Shown here: piece after piece, positions 18,624 to 28,366 of the stretch
Layout: each line of letters begins with the position of its first letter
How positions within the stretch are numbered: position 1 is the stretch's first letter
Virus record (IMG/VR): IMGVR_UViG_2883068021_000001
Coordinates: 20,620-84,619 of that record
Reading direction: 5' to 3' (one strand)
DNA from: a virus
Lineage: Duplodnaviria > Caudoviricetes
DNA length: 64,000 nt
Position numbers and translations under genes: made by a program
The notes under the pieces: generated by a model
Told to the model about the DNA's origin: nothing
Databases searched by the model: none
The model's input: only the letters and a program-made list of their open reading frames with translations

Positions 18624-20156
18624 CTATATTGCCATTTTTAGCTTGTTCTCAATCCAGTACTCTCGCTTAAAATGAGGTGTAAATCCAAGACATTTACCAA
18701 ACTCTTCTTTCATTACATTCTCTACATACTCTTCATATCCTTTCAATGTTACGACAGAATCATGGAGTGTAAAAATTGGCAGATATGATTTTTCCTGAGC
18801 AATTCTTGCAACTACACGATGATACATGATGTAGCTTTCAATCCTTTGCAGCAGGATAGGTAAATTTTCAGCTTTCGCTCTTTTGATGGATGCTGTGATC
18901 TCATATATTTGGGGAAATATATCTCTGAAAATTCTTTTAGGTGCAGCTTCTTCTTGTCCAATGAATCTGTTATCTGTAAACAGCACAGTGAATAGCATGG
19001 GTTTTACTTCATCATTTGTCTTAAAATCAAATCCTAGCTTATCTTTTAGCAGATGACGAAATTCAGAATAAAAATTTCCACTACTAACCATTCGATAATA
19101 ATTCCACATTTCATCCCCCTCCATTATTCTATTATTCTGGGCATTTTTGCACAGAGTAATGGTATTGGATAAGTGTTTGTGGTTGGCGAATATTGGAGTA
19201 ATGAATAAGTAAGGAATATCTGAAGAATTCAATTTTCCTCCCTTCGCTTCATTCGTCCAGAATCCATCGTCTAACAGCAAAGTAAGCAAAGTAGGCTGGC
19301 TGTTTGACAAATCTATAGAAACTAATTCTTCGCCATCGTAGGTAACAGCATTTCTTATTTCTCTTTTACAGGAAGTCAGTGCAGAATGATACCTGAATAC
19401 ATTTTGGTCAAAATGTGCGTTAAATAAACCTCTCCTTATCTTCTCAATATTCAAATGGGTACCAAGATACTGTGTATAGGGGTTTTTCCACTCAATCCCT
19501 CTACCACTAATAGTTTTATCCCATTTCGATCTGTCTTTTTTCTTTTGTAAATATATTTCTGCATTGTACGCATGTGCCAGCTTATCATTAATATTCAAGC
19601 CACCAGCTTTATACCATCTTTCTATTGGAGTGTATTTACTGCCAATAGAAGATAGATCAAATTGGCTAGCTGTAGAGGCATTAACTGGCTCCTTTTTTTC
19701 AATCGCCATTCCACTACTGTAAGTAACATTATTGAAAATTTGAGGCTCCTTTGTGCCCTTATTGGGCTGTTTAATGCCTTCCATCTTTTTGAGCAGAATA
19801 GAATTGGTAATAGGAATTGATTTAAGTGATTGCTGGTATCTTTCGCAAAATCTATATCCTTTTGATTTTACGCCAACAATAAACTGGTCATCTGTTTCAA
19901 TAATACCAGCTTCCAGTAGGTAGGTTAAATAGTCAGAATATCCTTTGCCAATCCATTGTTTCAGGATTTCAGCATTAATAGGTACATAACCTTCCTCGTC
20001 TGTTAAATCTTTGTTTCTGGAGGGGATTTCTGCAAGAAGGTGTAAAATGTAGAGTAGCTTATCTCTATTAAAACCATCTATGTGGCTGATTGAATTTTTC
20101 CTGATAATATCATCTATATCTATGTTCTCTGGAATGTAAAAAAGCTGTTGTTCCAT
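18624..20156 (-). CDS. Family-A DNA-polymerase-like protein without exonuclease domain (candidate island replication protein)
   Basis: ELVSIDLSNSQP (motif A-like), NDEVKPMLFTVLF (motif B-like), LLQRIES, IFTLHDSVV (motif C-like); wHTH-like N-terminus. Confidence 0.6.
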   Translation of the reverse strand: MEQQLFYIPENIDIDDIIRKNSISHIDGFNRDKLLYILHLLAEIPSRNKDLTDEEGYVPINAEILKQWIGKGYSDYLTYLLEAGIIETDDQFIVGVKSKGYRFCERYQQSLKSIPITNSILLKKMEGIKQPNKGTKEPQIFNNVTYSSGMAIEKKEPVNASTASQFDLSSIGSKYTPIERWYKAGGLNINDKLAHAYNAEIYLQKKKDRSKWDKTISGRGIEWKNPYTQYLGTHLNIEKIRRGLFNAHFDQNVFRYHSALTSCKREIRNAVTYDGEELVSIDLSNSQPTLLTLLLDDGFWTNEAKGGKLNSSDIPYLFITPIFANHKHLSNTITLCKNAQNNRIMEGDEMWNYYRMVSSGNFYSEFRHLLKDKLGFDFKTNDEVKPMLFTVLFTDNRFIGQEEAAPKRIFRDIFPQIYEITASIKRAKAENLPILLQRIESYIMYHRVVARIAQEKSYLPIFTLHDSVVTLKGYEEYVENVMKEEFGKCLGFTPHFKREYWIENKLKMAI

Positions 20157-20620
20157 CTAAGAATAAATAATTTTCCATCACCTGAATCCAGGCTGATTGC
20201 TCGTTTTGTAATTTTTCATATTTTATTTTTTTGTGAATTAATTTTTATATCACCTGACCAAAATATCCCAAGGAAACTTTGGCCATTTTAAAACTGAATT
20301 GTAAAATTATTATGGTTCGATTTATTTGCCAATAGCATTAAAAAAAATTATTGACACCAATTGAAAGTATCAATTTCAACATCTTACAGAATCTACTTTC
20401 TGCACTGTTATCAGCTAATTTTAAGCAGCATTCTCTTTCCTATCTTCTCAATACTCTGGACTGGATTTTAAAATGCAAACATGATTGAACGAACAGGGTA
20501 TCAATAACAAACTGTTAACTTACAATTACATTATATTGTCGTGTATATTGAGTTGGCTTATCCACTTTTTAGGACTTTCTCTATTTTTCGAATAGTTGTG
20601 ACACCAAAAATCTCTTACTT

Positions 20621-22912
20621 ATGATTAAAAGCATCAACAAAATCCATGGATTTCGCATATTTCAAGATTTCACAAGGTCTTCATCATTGTCAGACTTTTC
20701 AAAATATAATTTATTCTATGGTTGGAATGGAAGTGGGAAAAGCACATTTTCTAATCTGCTTCAGTATGTTGAAGAAAAATCTATTCCAGACGAACACCTG
20801 GATGCTAAATTTGAAATTGAATTAGCAGATAAGCAAAAGCTGACAAATGGGGCATCATTGTCAAGTAATTCATTGAAATTAAAAGTATTTAATAAATACT
20901 TCGTTGCAGAGAATATAAATTTTGAGGAACAAGGCGCCAAAAGCATTCTTTTGGTATCAAAAGAAAGGATTGAAGAAAAGGCAAAACTCAAAGAACTAAA
21001 TAAAGAGAAAAAGAGTCTTGTTGACAGATTGCTGAATGCTGAAAATGGAGCCAGGGATAAAAGAAAAGTAAATGAGAAGTTCCTTTCAGATATTGCAAAA
21101 GGGATTAAAAATTCTTTTAAGGTCATTGACACAAAAGATACTTACTATTTTAACTATGATAGAAATAAACTATCAGCATTTATCGATAGGCATAAACAAC
21201 AAGTAAATGCAACTTCGATTCTTACTGATGCAGATCTAAGCAAAGTCATTATGGCAGTTAAGCCAGAGGTAAAAGAAATTATTCCCCTGGAGTTTGAATT
21301 GCCTAATTCAAATAACTTAATTGAATTTGAAGCCAGGTTGAATCTAGTTTTACAAACCAATATTGTGTCTAATCAAATAGAGCAATTAGTTAATGACGAA
21401 CTACTCAATAGATGGGTAGAAGAGGGCTTGAAATTGCATTCAAAAATAGGTAGTGAAGTTTGTGGATATTGTGGAAATGCAATAGCAAAAGAGAGAATTA
21501 ATGCACTAAATGCACATTTTAGTGCAGACTATATTTCATTAAAAACAAAAATAGAAGATGGCATTAAATTCATTGAAAGTATAAAACAGGGATTTCACCT
21601 TTCAGTGCCACTGGAAGATCACTTATATGATGAATATAAGGAAGGATACAAAGATGCAGTTAATGAATTTAAGAGCGTCCTTATAGAAATTGATACTAAG
21701 TTGAAATATTGGTCTGACACCATGAATACTAAACTTGGAAATCCATTTGAAATACTATCTCTAGATACACAAAATACAACTTCTATTTTTACTGCATTTA
21801 GTAGTAGCGTAAATAAGGTGATCTCTGTCCTCGAATTATGCAATAGCAAAACTGATAATTATTCAAAAATACTTAAAGAAAGCCAAGAAAAGCTGGAGCT
21901 ACACTATGTCAGCGAAGCACTTTCTAACAATGAATATTTTAGAAGCTTGATTGAAATCGAAGAGCTGGACAAAGAATCCAATGAAGTGCGACAACAACTA
22001 AATGTGATAGCCAAGGAAATATTAGAATTAGAAAAGGTATTAGTCAATGCTGTTATGGGCGCTGAACAATTTAATGAGAACCTATATAAGTTTCTGGGAA
22101 GAAATGATATTTTGTTAGAATATATTGCAGATGAAGGTGGATATAAAATTATCAGGTCAGGAAAAAAAGAATTGGCAAAGCATTTGAGTGAGGGCGAAAG
22201 AACAGCCATTGCGTTTGTCTATTTCATATCAAAATTACAGGAGATGGAGATAGCTGATTTGCAGGAGTCAATTATTGTTTTGGATGATCCTATTTCAAGC
22301 TTTGATAGCAATCATCTGTTCAATGCAGCTCATTTCATTAAAGAAGAGTTCTTTTCAGAAAAAGACATGCCAAGTAAGATTGGACAGCTCTTTATTCTTA
22401 CACATAATTTCAATTTTTTCTCCCTTATCAATGAATGGTTTGAGGCAAAGGATTTAAAAAAAGTGTTCTGCATAAAGAACATTAATCATAATGGTAGTAG
22501 AGCTGCGATATTTGAAGATGCTGAATATGTTTTAAAGCAATTTGGTTCTGAGTATCACTTTATTTTTTCAGAAATTAAGAAATACAATGAATCGAACGAC
22601 AAATCTTATTATCATACGCACACTATAGCTAATTTATGCAGACAGCTCTTAGAATCTTTTCTAACTTTCAAGTTTGGTCGAAAGAAACTGGATAAATGCT
22701 TTGACGAAATAGTGGGATTCAGCGAACTTGCAAAAGTTAGAAAATTTGTAAATCATTATTCGCATAGAGCAGATCATGGAACCAGCATAAGGGGATATAA
22801 TGACAATCTTTTTGGCGAGACTGAAAAACTAGTTCCAATTGTACTAGAGTTGGTAAAATATGTGGATAATGTTCATTATACCTCCATGTTGGCAAGAATA
22901 AATGGGAATTGA
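20621..22912 (+). CDS. RloC-like AAA_13 ABC-ATPase with zinc hook and C-terminal HEPN-like domain
   Basis: GWNGSGKS Walker A; CGYC hook (21461-21472) in the coiled coil; LSEGE; LDDPISSFD; LTHN; RQLLESFL...RKFVNHYSH. Confidence 0.8.
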   Translation: MIKSINKIHGFRIFQDFTRSSSLSDFSKYNLFYGWNGSGKSTFSNLLQYVEEKSIPDEHLDAKFEIELADKQKLTNGASLSSNSLKLKVFNKYFVAENINFEEQGAKSILLVSKERIEEKAKLKELNKEKKSLVDRLLNAENGARDKRKVNEKFLSDIAKGIKNSFKVIDTKDTYYFNYDRNKLSAFIDRHKQQVNATSILTDADLSKVIMAVKPEVKEIIPLEFELPNSNNLIEFEARLNLVLQTNIVSNQIEQLVNDELLNRWVEEGLKLHSKIGSEVCGYCGNAIAKERINALNAHFSADYISLKTKIEDGIKFIESIKQGFHLSVPLEDHLYDEYKEGYKDAVNEFKSVLIEIDTKLKYWSDTMNTKLGNPFEILSLDTQNTTSIFTAFSSSVNKVISVLELCNSKTDNYSKILKESQEKLELHYVSEALSNNEYFRSLIEIEELDKESNEVRQQLNVIAKEILELEKVLVNAVMGAEQFNENLYKFLGRNDILLEYIADEGGYKIIRSGKKELAKHLSEGERTAIAFVYFISKLQEMEIADLQESIIVLDDPISSFDSNHLFNAAHFIKEEFFSEKDMPSKIGQLFILTHNFNFFSLINEWFEAKDLKKVFCIKNINHNGSRAAIFEDAEYVLKQFGSEYHFIFSEIKKYNESNDKSYYHTHTIANLCRQLLESFLTFKFGRKKLDKCFDEIVGFSELAKVRKFVNHYSHRADHGTSIRGYNDNLFGETEKLVPIVLELVKYVDNVHYTSMLARINGN

Positions 22913-22961
22913 TTTATTAATCGTGTAAGATAAGATAGCTACGATTTAATCTGACAGTTGG

Positions 22962-23135
22962 CTACTTCTTTAACTTAAAGCCAATAAATCCAACTATCCC
23001 TAAAATATACAACCACCAGGGAATTTTGAACAGGGAATAAATTAGTCCATTCCATAGGCCATCAATAATAAATGCTGCAATACAAGCAATTGCAAGAATG
23101 CCTATGCCCCAAAGACACCCTTTGATATTTTCCAT
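22962..23135 (-). CDS. 57-aa membrane protein (not in ORF track)
   Basis: Manual translation MENIKGCLWGIGILAIACIAAFIIDGLWNGLIYSLFKIPWWLYILGIVGFIGFKLKK*. Confidence 0.55.
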   Translation of the reverse strand: MENIKGCLWGIGILAIACIAAFIIDGLWNGLIYSLFKIPWWLYILGIVGFIGFKLKK

Positions 23136-23144
23136 AGGTAGATG

Positions 23145-23585
23145 TTATTTTAATTTTAATATAAGTACAACTATTGCCAATGTGGAAATGATGACAATTG
23201 AGAATACTACCAAAGTACCCTGATTATTATTATTCTCGTTAGAAGATTTGAATATCTCATCATCAAAATTAATCTTGCTGGTATCAGAAGTATTATATAT
23301 ACCAGTTGGTGCTATAGGAGTGGTGGCTGGATTAGAACTTGCATGAGGGCCATTGCCTGGCTCCAGACTTTCAATAAGTTGATCCAATTCAGTTTTTTCT
23401 TTCGAGGTAGAATAGTCTTGTATTGTTGGCCCTGTATTACTTCTCTCAATTGAGGCTTTAATTTTTTCTAAATCATCCTTGTTTTTCTCCAAGGTCATTG
23501 GGTCTAAAGCATCAACAGGTTGTTGAGAATAAGCTGATGAATTTAAACAAAGAAAAAGTAGACCAAATAGAGTGAAACTTTTCAT
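23145..23585 (-). CDS. Secreted, C-terminally membrane-anchored hypothetical protein
   Basis: Signal peptide from MKSFTLFG; C-terminal TM followed by KLK. Confidence 0.6.
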   Translation of the reverse strand: MKSFTLFGLLFLCLNSSAYSQQPVDALDPMTLEKNKDDLEKIKASIERSNTGPTIQDYSTSKEKTELDQLIESLEPGNGPHASSNPATTPIAPTGIYNTSDTSKINFDDEIFKSSNENNNNQGTLVVFSIVIISTLAIVVLILKLK

Positions 23586-23677
23586 AATATGTGGTTTTGA
23601 AGTAAAAATACCTGTTTTGCAGTAAATAACGCAAATTTGCTCTAACAATTCTATATCACAAGGTTTCTCTTTGCCTT

Positions 23678-23917
23678 GTGGCTAATAACTACTATAGGGA
23701 TGAGGATTTTATCAAAAAATTTGGGCTAAGGCTCAAAGAAATAAGGAAGTTCAAGAAGATGAGCCAGGAAGAACTTGCCTTTAAGTGTGGGTTTGAATTA
23801 TCTCAAATAGGTAGGATTGAAAGGGGAACTATCAACACATCTATATCTCATGTAGCTGCAATTGCTAGAGCACTAGAAGTCGCTCCTTACAAGTTGTTTG
23901 AATTTGAGCCTGATTGA
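23678..23917 (+). CDS. XRE-family HTH regulator
   Basis: LKEIRKFKKMSQEELA...IGRIERG. Confidence 0.9.
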   Translation: MANNYYRDEDFIKKFGLRLKEIRKFKKMSQEELAFKCGFELSQIGRIERGTINTSISHVAAIARALEVAPYKLFEFEPD

Positions 23918-23922
23918 TTCAT

Positions 23923-25107
23923 CTATATTTTCTGTAAAATATCTGGAGGACACATTTCGTAACCTGCACTTTGCCAAATGATATGGAACAATGATTCCAT
24001 TGCCTTATAATAATCTTGTTTGAAATCTTGAATGACAACTATTGGGAACAATAGACTTTCCTTTTTGAAGCCTTTTTTATGATTCCAAAGTCCAGAAATT
24101 GGCATCCCTTTTATGTTATTAAATGCTAAAGAAATACAATATGGGGATTCTATCGATGCTGTGATGTAGAACTCTATTGTCTGCTTTACTTGCTGCAAAA
24201 CTTCAGCTGCTAAATTCTCTCCAGATAGAAAATACTTATTACTAGCATCCTGCATATATATTCCTGTTGTAAAAACCTCAATGCAGCCATCTCTAAATAT
24301 TGAATTATACGAATACATATCAGAATATGGGTTTGTATGGATAACAAAACCCTCAAAAGTATGATTATAGCTGTAGCCACTTGACATGATTGGAGGTAAT
24401 TTTCTAATCATATTCTCATGAAATGAGCTAGGCAAAAAATCCAAAGAAGTATAGCCCATTTTTGACAAAGGAATAATATGAAGTATCATATTGGGAATAT
24501 CAACAATAGCATCCCAAAAAGGGTTTGTCTGTATTGATTTTATCCTATCCTGAATAAACTGTTTGGCCCTATCTCTCATTTCCATGTTCTTTATGAATAA
24601 ATTATACAACTCATGGGTATCCAACAAATACTTGCCAGTATTCCTTCTCCTGTAGAATTTACTTGAGTTCTTAAAACTTATTCTGGTAGGTAACGATAAA
24701 TTTTTAGGAATTGATATTGCAAAAACATTGCAGCCATTTACAGGTATTAAACTACTAAAAGACAAATGACTTAATTGGGGATCTGTATTATTCTTAACAA
24801 TTTCCTCAATTTGAGATATGACTTTATCATAATTGTCTATGGCCACTCTATTGCCACTAGGCAATTGGGGGATTCCTGTACTTTGATTTAATTCATCTTT
24901 CTCATCCTCCAATCCAAATATTATAATACCACCTTCTGTATTATGAAATGCTGTTATATCAGCCAGCAATTCTGATCTATCACCATCATCTTTGAGTTTA
25001 AAGTCCCTTTTATAATCCAGGGTTATTGATTCAGGAACTCTTCGTTCAATCAAGGACAAAATGTCCTCATTAGAGAGTTCTACAACACTCTTTCCACTAA
25101 GTCGCAT
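23923..25107 (-). CDS. Schlafen/AlbA_2 domain protein
   Basis: PESITLDYKRD...ITAFHNTEGGIIIFGLED...FYRR. Confidence 0.85.
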   Translation of the reverse strand: MRLSGKSVVELSNEDILSLIERRVPESITLDYKRDFKLKDDGDRSELLADITAFHNTEGGIIIFGLEDEKDELNQSTGIPQLPSGNRVAIDNYDKVISQIEEIVKNNTDPQLSHLSFSSLIPVNGCNVFAISIPKNLSLPTRISFKNSSKFYRRRNTGKYLLDTHELYNLFIKNMEMRDRAKQFIQDRIKSIQTNPFWDAIVDIPNMILHIIPLSKMGYTSLDFLPSSFHENMIRKLPPIMSSGYSYNHTFEGFVIHTNPYSDMYSYNSIFRDGCIEVFTTGIYMQDASNKYFLSGENLAAEVLQQVKQTIEFYITASIESPYCISLAFNNIKGMPISGLWNHKKGFKKESLLFPIVVIQDFKQDYYKAMESLFHIIWQSAGYEMCPPDILQKI

Positions 25108-25118
25108 ACAACTTTTCC

Positions 25119-25289
25119 TTATTGGTTATTAGATGTACTATTATTATTGTTATCGCCAGATGAAGTTGTCGTAGCTTGACTACTATTACTATTGTTTGTC
25201 GAAGCCTTGGGAGGTGGAGGAACCACTCTTCCCAACTTTTCTTGGACTAATTCTCTAGGCATCACCTTTGTTTCTTTCTCTTTGCTCAT
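25119..25289 (-). CDS. 56-aa Pro/Asn/Ser-rich micropeptide (not in ORF track)
   Basis: Manual translation MSKEKETKVMPRELVQEKLGRVVPPPPKASTNNSNSSQATTTSSGDNNNNSTSNNQ*; starts 3 bp after the upstream stop. Confidence 0.5.
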   Translation of the reverse strand: MSKEKETKVMPRELVQEKLGRVVPPPPKASTNNSNSSQATTTSSGDNNNNSTSNNQ

Positions 25290-25292
25290 ACA

Positions 25293-25682
25293 TTATATAT
25301 TTATTGATGAAAAAATTAAAATTGAAAGAATCCCTAAAATCAATGTAATGATTGTACCTACATTTATTAAAGTAATCCATCTTGTCCTCTTCGCATGTTT
25401 CGTCTCGGAGCCACATTGATATTCAATAAGAGTTTTGTAATTATATTGGGCAGAAAGGAAATGAGAAAAAAGATTGGAAAAAAGAGTTATGGCTAAAAGA
25501 ATCCAACCAGATTTAAGTAACCACTTATTGCAGGCAGTGCTAAGTGGGACTATTTTCTCTATAAAAAGCATGGATAATCCCAATGCACCAGCACTGATAA
25601 AACTTAACTGTTTCTCAAAATCATCCTGGCTTTTAGTCAGTGTATCTGATAAACTTTTTTGATAATCCTTATCTAAATCCAT
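25293..25682 (-). CDS. Three-TM membrane protein
   Basis: SQDDFEKQLSFISAGALGLS followed by three hydrophobic helices. Confidence 0.75.
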   Translation of the reverse strand: MDLDKDYQKSLSDTLTKSQDDFEKQLSFISAGALGLSMLFIEKIVPLSTACNKWLLKSGWILLAITLFSNLFSHFLSAQYNYKTLIEYQCGSETKHAKRTRWITLINVGTIITLILGILSILIFSSINI

Positions 25683-26016
25683 AGGTTGATATTACATTAT
25701 ATCAAATATACTAAATTATTTAGTAAATAAACCTTACATGATTTTCCACAATTATGTTTGAGTAAATGTTTATCTGCACTATGTTTGAATAAATACCTAT
25801 CTAGTCCAATCTCCCTATTTTTAGCTAAATTTTTCCAGCCCCAAATTTTTCGATGTTTAATTAATATATAGCATAATTGAAATTCCTTCCTGCCCTCCCC
25901 CTCATATAAATGTAAGTAGCGACCACCCCATTTAATACACCCCCTCTTAATATCAGGTTCAGGGTATACCCCACCTTTTTTATCAACTAGTTATATAATT
26001 CCTAATCCTTACAACT

Positions 26017-26310
26017 ATGGTTACTATTAAGAATTTTAAAGTGCATGCTGATGCACAGGGGAAATCATTTGTCTCCCTGGAGCTGATAGGTGATATTGAA
26101 ATGATCCAATCCAAACAATCAGGGAGATTTTACGCTACAGTCAGGAAATGCTTTATTTCTTCAACTTTTGATGAAACCACAGCCAGGCTGATGGTTGGAA
26201 AATCCATCGAAGGAAACATTGTAAAACAGGAATGTGAACCCTACGACTTTATTATGCACGAAACTGGGGAAGCAGTAAAGCTGACCCATCAATATGCATA
26301 TGTACCTTAA
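26017..26310 (+). CDS. Conserved hypothetical island protein (beta-rich, possibly OB-fold)
   Basis: 97 aa; SKQSGRFYAT..KCFISSTFDE; typical neighbour of DUF3871. Confidence 0.7.
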   Translation: MVTIKNFKVHADAQGKSFVSLELIGDIEMIQSKQSGRFYATVRKCFISSTFDETTARLMVGKSIEGNIVKQECEPYDFIMHETGEAVKLTHQYAYVP

Positions 26311-26405
26311 TCACATAATCCCATCCAATTAATTCATTCACCCAATCAGATGAAGGGCAGGACTACAAAGGTTTTGCCCTTTTTCTTTTCCTAAAAGTTC
26401 AAAAA

Positions 26406-27389
26406 ATGGAACAAGCTATTTTGCAAACTCCCTCTCACCAGGGAACTTATATTGATTTTGAGGAAACTTCTACCTCCAAACCTTTCCTACAAGCCAATAC
26501 AGAGGAATTTCCTCTGGCACACATCAGGAAAGACCACACAATCCCCTGTTTCGCGAAGGACAATGAGCCTTTAATCAGCCATTATGATTTTATCGAACTG
26601 ACCTCCCAGGTAGCAGTAGAAGTATTTTCCCAGGAATCCATTTTAAGCCCTTCCATCAGGCTAAGCCATCCTATTAAAGGCAGAATCCCTGAAGCCAAAG
26701 AAAAGGCAGCAAAAGACCTATTGGATCACGAAAAGACCCTGTATTTCGAAAGGATGGCTTTTATCATTGAAATCCCCAGCATCTCAGATTCCATCGAAGG
26801 GAATAACCTCACCCTTACCCTGGGAGGAGTAAAAGCCTACAACCTGGAGAACTTATACACCAAGAAAGGTGCTGATGAGCATTTCAAGGTATTTATTGGG
26901 TTCCAGAATAAGGTTTGCACAAACTTATGTGTAAGGACTGATGGCTATATGGCAGATTTGAAGGTGAAGAATATGGCGCAGCTCAAAAATGCTATATACT
27001 CTCTGTTCAGCCAATACAATGCATCCCAGCACATTCAAAAACTCAGGAATTTCACCAACTATGATATTTCTGAGCAGCAGTTTGTCCACCTCATTGGGAA
27101 ATGTAAGTTGTTCAATTATCTGCCTCCTGCCATGAAAGCAGGCATTTCCCCTCTTCTGTTTGGTGACACCCAGCTCAGCACTGTTTGCAGGGATTATTAC
27201 AGGGACGATAGCTTTTGTAGAAATGAGGATGGTAGCATCAACCTCTGGAGGTTATATAACCTATTCACTGGAGCCAATAAAAGTTCCTACATCGACACAT
27301 TCCTGGACAGATCACTGAATGCCTTCCAGTTTACTGAGGAAATCAGGCGAGCCCTGGACAACCACCAATCCAGTTGGTTCCTGACCTAA
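26406..27389 (+). CDS. DUF3871 family protein
   Basis: FLQANT, IPCFAKDNE..ISH, SHPIKGRIPEA, VCTNLC, INLWRLYNLFTGANKSSYID. Confidence 0.85.
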   Translation: MEQAILQTPSHQGTYIDFEETSTSKPFLQANTEEFPLAHIRKDHTIPCFAKDNEPLISHYDFIELTSQVAVEVFSQESILSPSIRLSHPIKGRIPEAKEKAAKDLLDHEKTLYFERMAFIIEIPSISDSIEGNNLTLTLGGVKAYNLENLYTKKGADEHFKVFIGFQNKVCTNLCVRTDGYMADLKVKNMAQLKNAIYSLFSQYNASQHIQKLRNFTNYDISEQQFVHLIGKCKLFNYLPPAMKAGISPLLFGDTQLSTVCRDYYRDDSFCRNEDGSINLWRLYNLFTGANKSSYIDTFLDRSLNAFQFTEEIRRALDNHQSSWFLT

Positions 27390-27414
27390 CATCTATTCTT
27401 TAAAATTTATTTAC

Positions 27415-27756
27415 ATGAACGACATTGGCAGAAAAATTTACCTGCTGCGACTGATCCATAATTACACCCAGGCTTATGTTGCAGAGGAATTGGGCATAGG
27501 GCATTCCACTTATTTAGCTCTGGAACAAGATGCTTCCAGAATACCCATCACCAGACTGCAAAAGCTGGTTGGAATATATGGCCTGACCCTGGGAGATTTC
27601 TTCTCTTTTGATGTGGATGGCCTGATGAAAGTAATTACTGGACAAAAGGAGGCTGCTACGAACCAAGTGAGTATTTCTCCAAAATGCCTGATTCACCAGC
27701 TCCAATCCCTTAACAAACTACTCTTTCAGCTCTTGGAAGAATCCACAGCAGCCTGA
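27415..27756 (+). CDS. XRE-family HTH regulator
   Basis: YTQAYVAEELGIGHSTYLALE. Confidence 0.8.
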   Translation: MNDIGRKIYLLRLIHNYTQAYVAEELGIGHSTYLALEQDASRIPITRLQKLVGIYGLTLGDFFSFDVDGLMKVITGQKEAATNQVSISPKCLIHQLQSLNKLLFQLLEESTAA

Positions 27757-27776
27757 TACTTTTTCAAAATTTCACC

Positions 27777-27816
27777 TTACCCATCTTACCTCCTGGTAGG
27801 GTGGGTAACTTTTTTT
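27777..27816 (+). terminator. Intrinsic terminator
   Basis: TTACCCATCTTACC-tcct-GGTAGGGTGGGTAA plus T-tract. Confidence 0.6.
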
Positions 27817-27837
27817 AAACCAATAAATGTTTTAACG

Positions 27838-28356
27838 ATGGCAGAAGATCAATTAGCCAAATTCCAGGATTTCTGCAAAGCAGCCATCCTGGCAGATCAA
27901 ACTTATCTTGTAAACAGTTTCCTGCTGAGTAATGATGAATCCCTCCACTCCTTCATCCACAACCCACTTGTGTATGATGTGCTGATAGATGGCCATGTCC
28001 ATAGAGGAACCTGCCTCCTGGTAAAAGACCTCCTGATGCGCAAGGACAGGGAAATTTCCATTCTCCAGAAAGAAATCCTCCACACCCTGGACGATGAAAA
28101 AGTCAAACAACTCCAGGACAGGGTTGAAAAAGTCAAACTGGAAAGGGAAGTCCTCGACAAAGCAGCCCCCAAGGAAAGGTACATTTACGAATGGCTCCTG
28201 GTGCCTCACTGGATGGGGGATGAACTGATTCTCTTGGGAGAGGTAGTTTTCAGGGGTTATGGCTGCAACTTTTGGGGTACAACCTCCATCCTGAGGGAAA
28301 ATTACAGGAAGGAAGATACCCTCCTGGGCATTTTCGAGGAATTGCATAATCATTAA
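27838..28356 (+). CDS. Hypothetical island protein
   Basis: 172 aa; C-terminal IYEWLLV...GCNFWGTT. Confidence 0.7.
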   Translation: MAEDQLAKFQDFCKAAILADQTYLVNSFLLSNDESLHSFIHNPLVYDVLIDGHVHRGTCLLVKDLLMRKDREISILQKEILHTLDDEKVKQLQDRVEKVKLEREVLDKAAPKERYIYEWLLVPHWMGDELILLGEVVFRGYGCNFWGTTSILRENYRKEDTLLGIFEELHNH

Positions 28357-28366
28357 TACTAATATC

